From an uncultured Gammaproteobacteria bacterium (GTDB lineage Bacteria > Patescibacteriota > Microgenomatia > Levybacterales > UBA12049): DNA of 64,000 nt. A model generated the notes under the pieces. It was given only the letters and a program-made list of their open reading frames with translations. It had not been told where the DNA came from and made no database searches. The stretch is from positions 290,064 through 354,063 of the forward strand of contig CAZCYO010000001.1 in NCBI GenBank assembly GCA_964503265.1. Reading direction: 5' to 3'. The translations under genes were made by a program, and so were the position numbers. Each line of letters opens with the position of its first letter. Within the stretch, counting starts at the first letter, position 1. Shown here one piece after another: positions 1 through 9,446 of this stretch.

Positions 1-369
1 ATAATCTACGGGTACATGGATGGTAGATATAAGAGAAAAGCACTTCGTTTTCTTTTGTTAAGGCCATAACATTTGAAAAATCAGGAATGTTTCTGGCAAA
101 TGCCGATGTCCCATCAATCGGGTCGACAATCCAGTTAATTTCTTTTCGATCTGCGTTACTTTCTTCACCGATAAATCCGTAGTTTGGATATTCGTTTTCA
201 AACTCACGTCGAATGAATGCTTCAATTTCTATATCGGCTTCTGTAACAGTTGAGTGATCAGGTTTTGTATGAAAGGTTGGGTTATTCTCAAAATAGGAAA
301 GTGCAATTTCGCCAGATTTACGAATTATTGATGTGGCAAAATCGAATTCCCTGGAGAAATCTGTAGTCA
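1..369 (-). CDS. Inositol monophosphatase family protein, N-terminal part (CDS continues beyond window start)
   Basis: Reverse-strand translation from the ATG at 369-367 gives MTTDFSREFDFATSIIRKSGEIALSYF...EADIEIEAFIRREF...WIVDPIDGTSAFAR. The WxVDPIDGT metal-binding motif is typical of IMPase/SuhB. Confidence 0.65.
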
Positions 370-2187
370 TTAGAATACGTCGACTTTTATGGTGGAGAGA
401 ATAGCTTCGAACTTAGCAGCGATGTCTTGTTCGATCTTTTCTGCATCTGCCATAATTTCTTCTTTCGACTGTTTACTGAGATCTCCTTTAACAGCCGTAT
501 AATATTTCATCTTGGGCTCAGTACCAGATGGGCGACCATGGACGACAGTTCTCTCGTCTTCTGTGAAGAAGAATGAGATCATATCACCTTTATCCCACGC
601 TCTGGTCTCGATCAGCTCTCCTGTCTGACCATCTCGAAGTTCACCGGTTAGGCGGTCCAAAACTCGAACTACTTTTCGGCCAGCAATTTCTTTAGGTAGA
701 TCTTCACGAAGTTTCTTCATCGCGAGATTCATTTGATCAAGTGCTCCAAATCCTTCAATTAATTTATAGTAAAGACGTTCTGCATAGAATCCATATTTTT
801 GATAAATCGATTCAAGCAGTTCCATCGCAGTCATATCATTCTTTTTACAAAATGCTGCCATTTCTGCAGCAATGATCGCTGGTGTCTCAGCGCCTTTATC
901 TCGATATGCATTACCAAATAAATAGCCCACACTTTCTTCAGCTGCAAAAATGAAATGCTTTTCTTTCGGCAGATGTTCGATGCGATCTCCAATAAATTTA
1001 AATCCGACAAGTAAATCACCAATTACTTCAGCTCCAAAGCTCTCTCCGATATCTCGGAACAGATCTGTTGTTACTGATGTTTTAACCAGTACTGGATTCT
1101 CAGGCATTTTTCCACTCGTTTTTAATGCTTCCATGAGGAAATATGTCATGATAACCGCACCTTGATTACCATTGAGTGGGGTCCAGTTACCATCTCGATC
1201 AGGAACAGCCATTCCAAGTCTATCAGCATCAGGATCTGATAGAAGCACGATATCTGCATTCGTTTCTTTCGCGAGTGCTATCGCTTTATCATAGACTTTA
1301 GGGAATTCAGGATTTGGGAAATTTCCTGTGACATTAGGGAAGTCGCCATCGAGACTCATTTGGTCCTCAACGAGTACGATGTCATTAAATCCAAGTTCTT
1401 TAAGCACAGGAAGTACTGATTGAGAACCGACACCATGCATAGGGGAGTAGACAATTTTTACATCCCTGTCTCCTGTCACAGATGCAGCTTTTGCAGCTTC
1501 TGCAAATGCTTTATCAACATCTTCGCCGATATAGGTTACCATGCCTTTTTCAACGGCTTCATCAAAACTCATTTTCTTAATGTCTGTAATAGTTTTAAAT
1601 TCTTGCTCGATAAGCATTCCAATGGCTGGAAGAACTTGAACCCCGTTCTCGTCATATACTTTATATCCATTAAATTCTGGAGGATTATGACTAGCTGTAA
1701 GTACTATGCCACCGACACAGTGGAGATGACGCACGGTAAATGAAAGTTCTGGAGTTGCACGGTAGTAATTAAACATATGAACAGGAATACCATTTGCAGC
1801 AAGCACTCTCGCTGTTTCACGAACAAATTCGTCTGAATGATGACGACTATCATATGCGAGAGCAACACCATCTTTCACTCGATCAGCTTTATGTTTGAGT
1901 AAGTATTGTGCATATGCTTGAGATGCCCAGCGGATGATGTAATTATTTAACCGGTTTGTTCCGATATCCATCGTGCCACGAATTCCACCTGTTCCAAAAA
2001 TAACGACACGGTAGAATTTATCCATGAGTGATTCCCAATTCTGTGCTTCAATTTCTTTTGTAAGAGGTTCTATAAATTCTGTGAATTCGTCGTGTGTTAA
2101 CCATTTAACGATTTCATCATATGCGGTCTGATTGAGGTGCTTTTCGTTAAGAGCTGTATCGAGAAGAGAAGTAATATGCTCATTCAT
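370..2187 (-). CDS. Phosphoglucomutase/phosphomannomutase family (alpha-D-phosphohexomutase)
   Basis: 605 aa. Catalytic phosphoserine loop GIVLTASHNPPEFNGYKV (TASHNP) plus the overall four-domain phosphohexomutase layout. Confidence 0.85.
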   Translation of the reverse strand: MNEHITSLLDTALNEKHLNQTAYDEIVKWLTHDEFTEFIEPLTKEIEAQNWESLMDKFYRVVIFGTGGIRGTMDIGTNRLNNYIIRWASQAYAQYLLKHKADRVKDGVALAYDSRHHSDEFVRETARVLAANGIPVHMFNYYRATPELSFTVRHLHCVGGIVLTASHNPPEFNGYKVYDENGVQVLPAIGMLIEQEFKTITDIKKMSFDEAVEKGMVTYIGEDVDKAFAEAAKAASVTGDRDVKIVYSPMHGVGSQSVLPVLKELGFNDIVLVEDQMSLDGDFPNVTGNFPNPEFPKVYDKAIALAKETNADIVLLSDPDADRLGMAVPDRDGNWTPLNGNQGAVIMTYFLMEALKTSGKMPENPVLVKTSVTTDLFRDIGESFGAEVIGDLLVGFKFIGDRIEHLPKEKHFIFAAEESVGYLFGNAYRDKGAETPAIIAAEMAAFCKKNDMTAMELLESIYQKYGFYAERLYYKLIEGFGALDQMNLAMKKLREDLPKEIAGRKVVRVLDRLTGELRDGQTGELIETRAWDKGDMISFFFTEDERTVVHGRPSGTEPKMKYYTAVKGDLSKQSKEEIMADAEKIEQDIAAKFEAILSTIKVDVF

Positions 2188-2204
2188 AATAAACTTTTGT
2201 TAGT

Positions 2205-2894
2205 TTAAACCTCAGTTAAAAAAATGTCAATGGTACTACGCAGTGACAAAGAAAGAGAGCCTGTTTTCATTCCTTTTTCAATTTCAAAAAGCTTTTGATG
2301 AAGTAAGATAAGCTGCTGTTTTGAAAATAAAGACGATTGTTTCTGTACTTTTCCTTTTTGCCATGGAGCAATTCTTTTTGCTTCGTCAATACTTGTTTGA
2401 GACTCGCTAAATGAGAGTAGAAGACGAACTTGTCGAACGAGCATAAAGAATATGAGTTCCTCCTCAGTAACCTCAACCGTTCTATGATAAAGATCAAGTA
2501 ATTGAGAAGTGTTATTGGGGTATAGTGCATCCATAAGTGCAAAAAGAGTTTGGGGAAGTTTATGTACTCTATCTTGAACATGAGAAAAAAGAGCTACTGT
2601 CTTTTTATCAATCTCTTTTGACTCCCAGAGTACTATGGTGCTGTCATTTCCAGTATTGTTAAGTAGTTCAATAAATGCTTCTTTCTCTGATGCTGATTTT
2701 TTCTTCGTGAGTAACTGTTCTAAAAAAACATGTTTTTCCTCAGCAAATAATCCTCCTCCTGCAAGTTCTTGTGTGAGGTCTGTTAGGGTTACAGCATCAC
2801 CATCGAATGTAATCGCATCAGGATGGGTTTTTTTTAATTCTCCATACACTTTTCGAGAATGTGCAGTGTCATCACCGTGTAAAAGTATAACCAT
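2205..2894 (-). CDS. holA: DNA polymerase III delta subunit-like (HolA)
   Basis: 229 aa. N-terminal MVILLHGDD, internal LVRQVRLLL, and the C-terminal EIEKGMKTG motif, which resembles the HolA D..IKTG box. Assignment by motif only. Confidence 0.45.
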   Translation of the reverse strand: MVILLHGDDTAHSRKVYGELKKTHPDAITFDGDAVTLTDLTQELAGGGLFAEEKHVFLEQLLTKKKSASEKEAFIELLNNTGNDSTIVLWESKEIDKKTVALFSHVQDRVHKLPQTLFALMDALYPNNTSQLLDLYHRTVEVTEEELIFFMLVRQVRLLLSFSESQTSIDEAKRIAPWQKGKVQKQSSLFSKQQLILLHQKLFEIEKGMKTGSLSLSLRSTIDIFLTEV

Positions 2895-2979
2895 AGTTTT
2901 GATCGTAAGAGATAAAAGTTATAAGGTAGAGGAAAAATAAAAAAACATCTTCTATCTTCTAACTCCTATCTTCTAGCTG

Positions 2980-4149
2980 TTATTCTAGCTTCATAACCCA
3001 GTGAAAAAGCCCTGCCATGATTTGAGAAGGGGAAAATGCTTTTTCCTTTTTAGTAGGTATGAATTTTTTTACTTCTAAATCGTCTTTGTTAGTTAACCCC
3101 AAGACTTTCGTTGTTGCCTTAGCGATAGTTGGAAGCCCTTTTACTTTAGTTATATTTTTATATGCTTGATATTGTTTTGTTTCTGATTGATCAGGTTTAA
3201 TAAACGTGAATTTTTCAAATGGTCCGCCACTTCCTTGAAGAAGAAATGGAGTGACAGCGACAATATTTGAGTCGTTCCAGACATTCTTAAACGCGTCTTG
3301 GTAGTAACTAGCTCGCATGTCATCAGAAATAGCTTCAGCCGTCCAGCCAGTTTCTGTAATAAAAACAGGCAGCGATTTGTTCGCATATGAGTCAAGGAGT
3401 TGTTTCTCATAAAAAAAACTATAAATACTTTTTGTTGTATTTGTGGTCGGTGGTTGAGAAAATCCTGGATTTGGATAAGAGTGACTGGCAATGCCATCGA
3501 TCTGAGCAAAAATGCCTGGAACTGCTACCTGCATTTGCTGGTAATATGCGTATTCATTCATATACTCTGATCCTTGATTTGGCGCAGCGTTATCCAGTCC
3601 TGCTGCAATCATGAAGAAATCTTCATGTTTTGATTTAAAAATTGTGACTGCATAACTTAATAACTGTGCATATTCTGTCGGGTTTACACTGCCACCCCAT
3701 TCATCAGCTCGATTTACTTCGTTAAAGACCGAAACGTAACGGTTTTTCGTCGGCCAATCAAGTGAGTCTAAAAAGTTTGCGAAATCTAATACATCATCAG
3801 CTGAGGGCTTACGCCACACTTTTGTATTAAAGTAATCGCCATCAGTTGCAAGCCTGATAATAGGAGTTATGTGGAGTAATTTTGCCTGATCAAAAAATGA
3901 CTGCCATTTAAGCATATCCCGATCTGTTGCTTGAATTGGGATGATGACATAGCCCCAATCACCACCGTTTGAATTAACTAACGTAGCAGCCTGTGTGAGT
4001 TCTGTCGGAAAGAGAATATGAATGCCAAATTTATTATTTGGCAGAAGTCGTGGATCCTCAATAGCTAGAGCCTTAGGCATGGTAGTTAGTAGTAAGTAGC
4101 TGGTAGTAAGTAGTAGTAATAGGCTCAAAAATAGTTTTTTCATAGTCAC
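2980..4149 (-). CDS. Secreted clan GH-A (TIM-barrel) glycoside hydrolase, GH5/GH26/Glyco_hydro_cc-like
   Basis: Signal peptide MTMKKLFLSLLLLLTTSYLLLTTMPKALA. A VFNEVN motif (NE acid/base) and an ITETGW motif (nucleophile Glu) in the order expected for clan GH-A. Confidence 0.55.
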   Translation of the reverse strand: MTMKKLFLSLLLLLTTSYLLLTTMPKALAIEDPRLLPNNKFGIHILFPTELTQAATLVNSNGGDWGYVIIPIQATDRDMLKWQSFFDQAKLLHITPIIRLATDGDYFNTKVWRKPSADDVLDFANFLDSLDWPTKNRYVSVFNEVNRADEWGGSVNPTEYAQLLSYAVTIFKSKHEDFFMIAAGLDNAAPNQGSEYMNEYAYYQQMQVAVPGIFAQIDGIASHSYPNPGFSQPPTTNTTKSIYSFFYEKQLLDSYANKSLPVFITETGWTAEAISDDMRASYYQDAFKNVWNDSNIVAVTPFLLQGSGGPFEKFTFIKPDQSETKQYQAYKNITKVKGLPTIAKATTKVLGLTNKDDLEVKKFIPTKKEKAFSPSQIMAGLFHWVMKLE

Positions 4150-4220
4150 TTATTATACCATTCATTGTAGCTAAACCCTAGACGCTATTCCCTAAACGCT
4201 TAATTTGCTACACTTATCTC

Positions 4221-5585
4221 ATGAGTGATGTTGAATCATTTTTTACCCGCAAATCATTACTCCTTATTTTTACATATGCGCCAGTGGGATTTGGGCACCT
4301 TCGTGTTACTGATGCTTTGTATCATGGGCTACCGAAAGATGTTTCACCAATTCTCCTTGGTTCACAAGATCAATCGATAACATTTTTGTATAGACTGCTT
4401 AGTATTCATCCTGTGTTAACACGAATTATGGAACGTACACAAAGAGGTGTGCTTGAAGGACTTTATTCTACAATGGCTCGGAACTTTTATCGCTCAAATG
4501 CAAAACTATTATTTCAACAACTAGAAACAATTGTTGATGAGCGGATTGAAACACCAGAAACAGTACTCGTTGTTTCTACGCATTTTGCTTTGGCGCATCA
4601 AATAGCATCCATTAAAGAAAAATTTAGTCATAAAAGACATGTCAGGATTATTTTAGCCGTTCAGGTTACTGATGATAGTCCGCAGCAAATCTGGTATGTA
4701 TCAGGCGCTGATATCATTTTTGTACCAAGTGAAAAAACGAAAGAAAAATTGGTTGCTTATGGGCGGCGGATGAGATTTCCAGAGGTCAATATTGTCGTTA
4801 ACCCGTATCCAGTCAGTCCGCTTCTTTCAGCACGACTTGTTGAGGATAAAATTGAAAAAAGAAAAAAACAAGGAGATAAGGAAGGAAGATCTACGACACA
4901 CATCGCTATTCCACTATCTGGTGCAGCGGTAGGGTTAGATTTTTTCGAAAAACTGATAGATTCTCTTCATCTTAGTTCTGATCGATATCATTTTCATATT
5001 GTCGGAAAAGATGCCAAATATACAAAAACTTTTTTAGGAACCATCGCTACACGAAATTATGTTCAAATTCATTCAGCCTATACAGATAGAATCGTACTAG
5101 ATATTTATGAGCAAATGTATCAACGAGAAATTATTAGTATTGAAATAACCAAACCAAGTGAGCAGGCATTTAAATCGCTTCTTCATCCGACCCAAATCGG
5201 TGGACCCATCATGCTTTTTACAAAGCCAGTTGGAAGACAAGAATACGATAATTTGGAATTTTTACATCGACACGCATTGATTCCCACACTCCCTGAAAGT
5301 CATAGGCTATGGGAGAAAGCAAAACAAAACGAAACGTTACATACACAAGAAGATGAGGTCTTGATTGAAAAAATGAAACAATGGAGAGGTTTATTACTGC
5401 CTGAAGATGCAGCGTTAAGTGGTATATTTATTCACTGGGCCGTAACTGAGGGAATAATTGAGGAAATGTTATTAAATACACGATATCAATCTCAACATGA
5501 TGCACAAAAAGAAGAGTTACAGGGAAATGGCGTTGAGCAGTTTTGGCAGAAAACAGCGGAATTTCTTAAAGGAATTATTAACTAA
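4221..5585 (+). CDS. GT-B glycosyltransferase, MGDG-synthase/UgtP-like (diacylglycerol glycosyltransferase family)
   Basis: 454 aa. N-terminal YAPVGFGHL (G-x-GH), VVSTHFALAH, and VTDD...WYVSGADIIFVPSE, which resembles the TDf..H..W...D.Y.V.se core of PF06925. Confidence 0.4.
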   Translation: MSDVESFFTRKSLLLIFTYAPVGFGHLRVTDALYHGLPKDVSPILLGSQDQSITFLYRLLSIHPVLTRIMERTQRGVLEGLYSTMARNFYRSNAKLLFQQLETIVDERIETPETVLVVSTHFALAHQIASIKEKFSHKRHVRIILAVQVTDDSPQQIWYVSGADIIFVPSEKTKEKLVAYGRRMRFPEVNIVVNPYPVSPLLSARLVEDKIEKRKKQGDKEGRSTTHIAIPLSGAAVGLDFFEKLIDSLHLSSDRYHFHIVGKDAKYTKTFLGTIATRNYVQIHSAYTDRIVLDIYEQMYQREIISIEITKPSEQAFKSLLHPTQIGGPIMLFTKPVGRQEYDNLEFLHRHALIPTLPESHRLWEKAKQNETLHTQEDEVLIEKMKQWRGLLLPEDAALSGIFIHWAVTEGIIEEMLLNTRYQSQHDAQKEELQGNGVEQFWQKTAEFLKGIIN

Positions 5586-5586
5586 C

Positions 5587-6105
5587 TTAGAGCGTTGCGA
5601 CCACGACAAACCGTTTGGTATCAAATAATCCCGTACATGTATATAAAGTAATTCTCGTATCAGTAGATGGTGCGAGAATACTTTCGTTTGATGGATCGAC
5701 TGTGGCTGTATATACAACAGAAAATGAAGAAGTAGTGTTATTTTCCCCGATTATAGTAATTTTGTCACCAGGTTTAACTTGTGGTAGTTTTCCAAGAAGA
5801 TTCGGCCAATTATGAGCATAGAGGACGCTATTTCCTTTACTACCAGGAAGGGGAGAAGATGTTAAGTAAGAAACTCCTTTATCAGTTGTCGGCCAAGAAT
5901 CACTTAAAATTATCGCAGGAAAAATAGGGAGTGAAACTCCAATTGATGGAATAACAATTCCAATTGGTGCTTCTGCATGCGATGATTGTATATCTGTTTT
6001 GGTATATGCAAAAGCAAGACGTCGTGGAGTTATCCGTTCAAATAATAAATAGGTAGAAAACAGAAGGAGGAGTGTCCCAATGATAAAACAAAGGTTACGT
6101 TTCAT
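5587..6105 (-). CDS. Sortase (class E-like transpeptidase)
   Basis: 172 aa. N-terminal TM anchor, His in VLYAHNW, TLxTC active site in ITLYTCTG, and a downstream Arg in KRFVV. Confidence 0.75.
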   Translation of the reverse strand: MKRNLCFIIGTLLLLFSTYLLFERITPRRLAFAYTKTDIQSSHAEAPIGIVIPSIGVSLPIFPAIILSDSWPTTDKGVSYLTSSPLPGSKGNSVLYAHNWPNLLGKLPQVKPGDKITIIGENNTTSSFSVVYTATVDPSNESILAPSTDTRITLYTCTGLFDTKRFVVVATL

Positions 6106-6117
6106 GGGATGAGTAAA

Positions 6118-6726
6118 TTACTGTACTTTCGATTTAGGAAGAAAAATTCCAGCAATAATTAAACTGATGCCAAGTACGAGTGTTATATAAAAAAGAGCTG
6201 AGTTTCCAGTACTTGCAAGCCCTGTGAGGATGTTCGTTGATGCTCCAAGAACTGATGACTTTGCAGGATCACTTGCTGATGATGAATTACTTGTCCCATT
6301 TGAACTTCCACTTGATCCGTTACTAGATCCTGCACATGAATATGCATTATTCATAGCGAAATACTGTACAGGATCAAGTCCCCAGACTGATCCGTCTGGA
6401 ATTGATGTCCAACCTTGGTTTTTAAGAATTGAAATCTCAGCATCTGAAAATCCGGTATTTTTAAGCCAATTTGTTTGGATTCCCTCATTATTTGTTCCAC
6501 AGAAACATTGCATGGCATTTCCATTTCCAAGTACATAGACTTTGTCACTGCCAGCATATGAACCAGTATTATTTACGATTCCATGTGTGCCGTTATCATA
6601 ACTTGCGATAAGTGTTCCTTGAGGGTTGATACATGCTGAGAAATCAGTATTCGGTGCAGCAAATAATGGCTTAGGTGATAAAGCAAAAAGAAGTGAAGTA
6701 ATTAAAACAAAATGTGTAATTTTCAT
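6118..6726 (-). CDS. Secreted surface protein with Ser/Gly-rich linker and C-terminal LAxTG-type sorting signal (putative sortase substrate)
   Basis: Signal peptide MKITHFVLITSLLFALSPKPLFA. Low-complexity linker SSNGSSGSSNGTSNSSSASDPAKSS. C-terminal GLASTGNSALFYITLVLGISLIIAGIFLPKSKVQ, which reads as LASTG motif, hydrophobic span and basic tail. Lies 12 nt upstream of the sortase gene. Confidence 0.55.
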   Translation of the reverse strand: MKITHFVLITSLLFALSPKPLFAAPNTDFSACINPQGTLIASYDNGTHGIVNNTGSYAGSDKVYVLGNGNAMQCFCGTNNEGIQTNWLKNTGFSDAEISILKNQGWTSIPDGSVWGLDPVQYFAMNNAYSCAGSSNGSSGSSNGTSNSSSASDPAKSSVLGASTNILTGLASTGNSALFYITLVLGISLIIAGIFLPKSKVQ

Positions 6727-6784
6727 GTCTTATAAAGTAATCCTACAGGATTATATCATATCGAATCTTATAGTGCAATATTTG

Positions 6785-7792
6785 TTATTTGGTGTTTGGA
6801 GTGGTGTTTGAGTAATGTGATGAAATAACGGAAACAACCTGTCTAGATTTACCCTTAGAGTCCCATAACTCTGTTGATCCTCCGACATTAACCCAATAAC
6901 TGACACCAATTACTTCAGGTTCTTTAGATAATCTCGTTAACACATCATTCACCCATGATGCTTGTTCTGATTCTGTCATGTCTCCGTGGAGGTCAGGAAT
7001 TGGCGCTCCAAACTCACCGATTACAATTTTTCCACCAGATTTTTTTGCAATTTGTCTAATATCTGAAATCATTTGTGAAGGAGACGCGACATAATGGTCA
7101 ATAGTCACAATTGAATCTAGCGCACTGGTTGTCTGTTTATCCATAACTAATTTTGCTACATCAGCATTCATTGAAAGATAATTTGATGCCACAGCTTTGT
7201 TAAGTTGTTTAAATGTTTGTGTAGTTACTGTATATTCATCGATTAGAAACTGTCTATGTCCACTTACATCGCCTGTTATCCTTGGATCTCCAGGACCACC
7301 GTTTTCACATTCTGGACAAGCAGTGAAAACGTCACCATTTTCAAACAAATCCTTGTGTGACACTATAAACTTTTTAGTCATTTCAATATGCTGGCTACGT
7401 GAAATTGATGAATAACCAAACCACTGTTCCCACCCAGAAAAATTTCCTCGAAACCAAATGCTCAAATGATTTGCTCGAGCTGATGCAACCCACAGTTTTA
7501 GAATTGGAACAAACTCTTCATCATAGGGTGTCGCGATAGCGATATGTGTAGCTCCAGTATCTGCAATTTGTTTTACTTGCTCATTAATGGTTCGAATAAA
7601 AAGTGGATCCGTTAATTTCTCTCGACTCAAATCACGTGAATATTTCATCGTATCAATTGACTGAAATTGCCATTGTTTCATTTCTTTTGTAGGTGATATG
7701 AATTTAACTGTTACGAGAGCGAGACTTACTACTAGTACGATAAGTACGACGATGATAGAAATATATTTATTCATATTATTTTTGTTTTCCAA
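6785..7792 (-). CDS. Membrane-anchored clan GH-A glycoside hydrolase (GH5/GH26-like)
   Basis: 335 aa. N-terminal TM segment, CPECENGGP (NE-type acid/base), and IGEFGAP (nucleophile Glu), in a TIM-barrel GH-A layout. Confidence 0.5.
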   Translation of the reverse strand: MENKNNMNKYISIIVVLIVLVVSLALVTVKFISPTKEMKQWQFQSIDTMKYSRDLSREKLTDPLFIRTINEQVKQIADTGATHIAIATPYDEEFVPILKLWVASARANHLSIWFRGNFSGWEQWFGYSSISRSQHIEMTKKFIVSHKDLFENGDVFTACPECENGGPGDPRITGDVSGHRQFLIDEYTVTTQTFKQLNKAVASNYLSMNADVAKLVMDKQTTSALDSIVTIDHYVASPSQMISDIRQIAKKSGGKIVIGEFGAPIPDLHGDMTESEQASWVNDVLTRLSKEPEVIGVSYWVNVGGSTELWDSKGKSRQVVSVISSHYSNTTPNTK

Positions 7793-9446
7793 GCACTGGT
7801 TTTGTTTGTAATTGAGAAAGATATTCGGGTTTTAATTCATAAATATCAGCAAATGGGAAATGTTTTACTAATGTATAGTCTTTATAGCCTGGCACTTTAC
7901 TGACTGCTTTAAATGTTAAATCGTTATTATCGTTCGTTCTCATGACAATCCATCGTGCCCATCTGTCAGGATTAACTGTCGCTGTTTCCCAGTATGCGCC
8001 AGTTCCTTCATGAATAAATTTAGCCATAGGAAGTCCACTGGAGAAAATAATGGCATCATGTGAAGCTGCTGAAATAAGTATAAATCCTGGTGTGTTTTTT
8101 GTGTGATCACTCAGCCAAGTCGCTACTTCAGAAACGTTTTTTTGACTAGATCCCACTCTCGCGTCGTCAATCGTTACTGCATCCTTATTAAGGAATGTAA
8201 ATATAGATACAAAAAGAATAAGGCCGATGAGAACATATCTAAATGTTTTAAGTTTATAAATAAGGAAGCCGACAAAAATAGCGATACTCGGAGCCATAAG
8301 GAGTCCATAGCGAACGTTAAACCATGTATCTCCTGAAATTCCCTGAACGAAAAGTACAGAAAATCCGAAATAAAGAGCGATTATATTAAATACGAGAGGC
8401 ACCATCAGTGCTGAACACACAACTCTAAGATTTGCTTCTACTTTCTTCTCAAACCACAAAGCAATCGAACCAAAGAATCCAAGCAACAGAATAAATGCAT
8501 TACTATTATATGCGAGAGCATACAAATACACTTTAATAGAAAGAAAAAGATCGTGTTCAGTTGCAAGTACACCTGCAGATGCAAGTTGTTGCTGTTGAGC
8601 GTGAGCTGAGAAAGGACCTAAGATAAAGTACAATGGATCTTTAAAAATTAATAAATTCCATAAAAACCACAGTGCGATTCCAACTCCTGCTAGAGTTGTA
8701 TAGAAAAACGCAGTGCCTTCTGCAACTCGAAATCCTCGTTTTTTAAAACTAAGAAAAAGAATAAGTGCACCTATATATAAAAAGAGGAACCATCCGTCGT
8801 ACCGAATCAGCGTTGAAAGCATAACCCAGAATGATGCTTTTAAAAGATTTAAGAGTGACTCATCTTTCTGCCAAAGAAATAATTCGTATACACTAGCTGT
8901 CATTGTAAAAATAAGTAACAATTCAGTCATCGCAGTGGACTGTAAATAAAGAACATTTATATTCGCAACAAAAATAAATACTCCAACAAGCCTTGATAAC
9001 ATATCTGCTCCAAGTCTTTTTAAGAATAGGTACACAAGCAGACCAGTGCCAACAAAAGAAAACATAGACTGAATTGCGCCTGATAATCCTGTGTGCCACA
9101 TAAAGTCATTCCAGATTGTTGGGACCATAAGTAAATGGGGAAGAGGTAGCCATACACTTCCAATTTGAGCAAGACCAGGTTTTAACCCTTCAACTACACG
9201 TCGTCCGATATCCAAATGAGATCTCGCATCGTTATATGAAAGACCTAAGTGGTTTTGAAGATAAATAACAAATGCACCTATTGAAATAAGAGAAAGAATA
9301 ATAGATAGAATAACTAGCATTCGCTTCTCTATCCAACTACTACAAACAGTTAAGAAACTGGTATTAAATTCGATACTATGCAGGGTAAATTTCATTTCTT
9401 CCTTTCTTTGGATACCATATTGTAGTAAGTCCAACGAGTAATACAA
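7776..9446 (-). CDS. Polytopic membrane protein, GT-C superfamily (PMT_2/ArnT-like) candidate glycosyltransferase
   Basis: 556 aa with more than 10 predicted TM helices. First-loop YNDARSHLDIGRR and WLPLPHLLM are reminiscent of the PMT_2 family. The true start is probably the internal M (MLVILSI...), which avoids the 71-nt overlap with the upstream gene. Confidence 0.35.
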   Translation of the reverse strand: MYYSLDLLQYGIQRKEEMKFTLHSIEFNTSFLTVCSSWIEKRMLVILSIILSLISIGAFVIYLQNHLGLSYNDARSHLDIGRRVVEGLKPGLAQIGSVWLPLPHLLMVPTIWNDFMWHTGLSGAIQSMFSFVGTGLLVYLFLKRLGADMLSRLVGVFIFVANINVLYLQSTAMTELLLIFTMTASVYELFLWQKDESLLNLLKASFWVMLSTLIRYDGWFLFLYIGALILFLSFKKRGFRVAEGTAFFYTTLAGVGIALWFLWNLLIFKDPLYFILGPFSAHAQQQQLASAGVLATEHDLFLSIKVYLYALAYNSNAFILLLGFFGSIALWFEKKVEANLRVVCSALMVPLVFNIIALYFGFSVLFVQGISGDTWFNVRYGLLMAPSIAIFVGFLIYKLKTFRYVLIGLILFVSIFTFLNKDAVTIDDARVGSSQKNVSEVATWLSDHTKNTPGFILISAASHDAIIFSSGLPMAKFIHEGTGAYWETATVNPDRWARWIVMRTNDNNDLTFKAVSKVPGYKDYTLVKHFPFADIYELKPEYLSQLQTKPVLGKQK

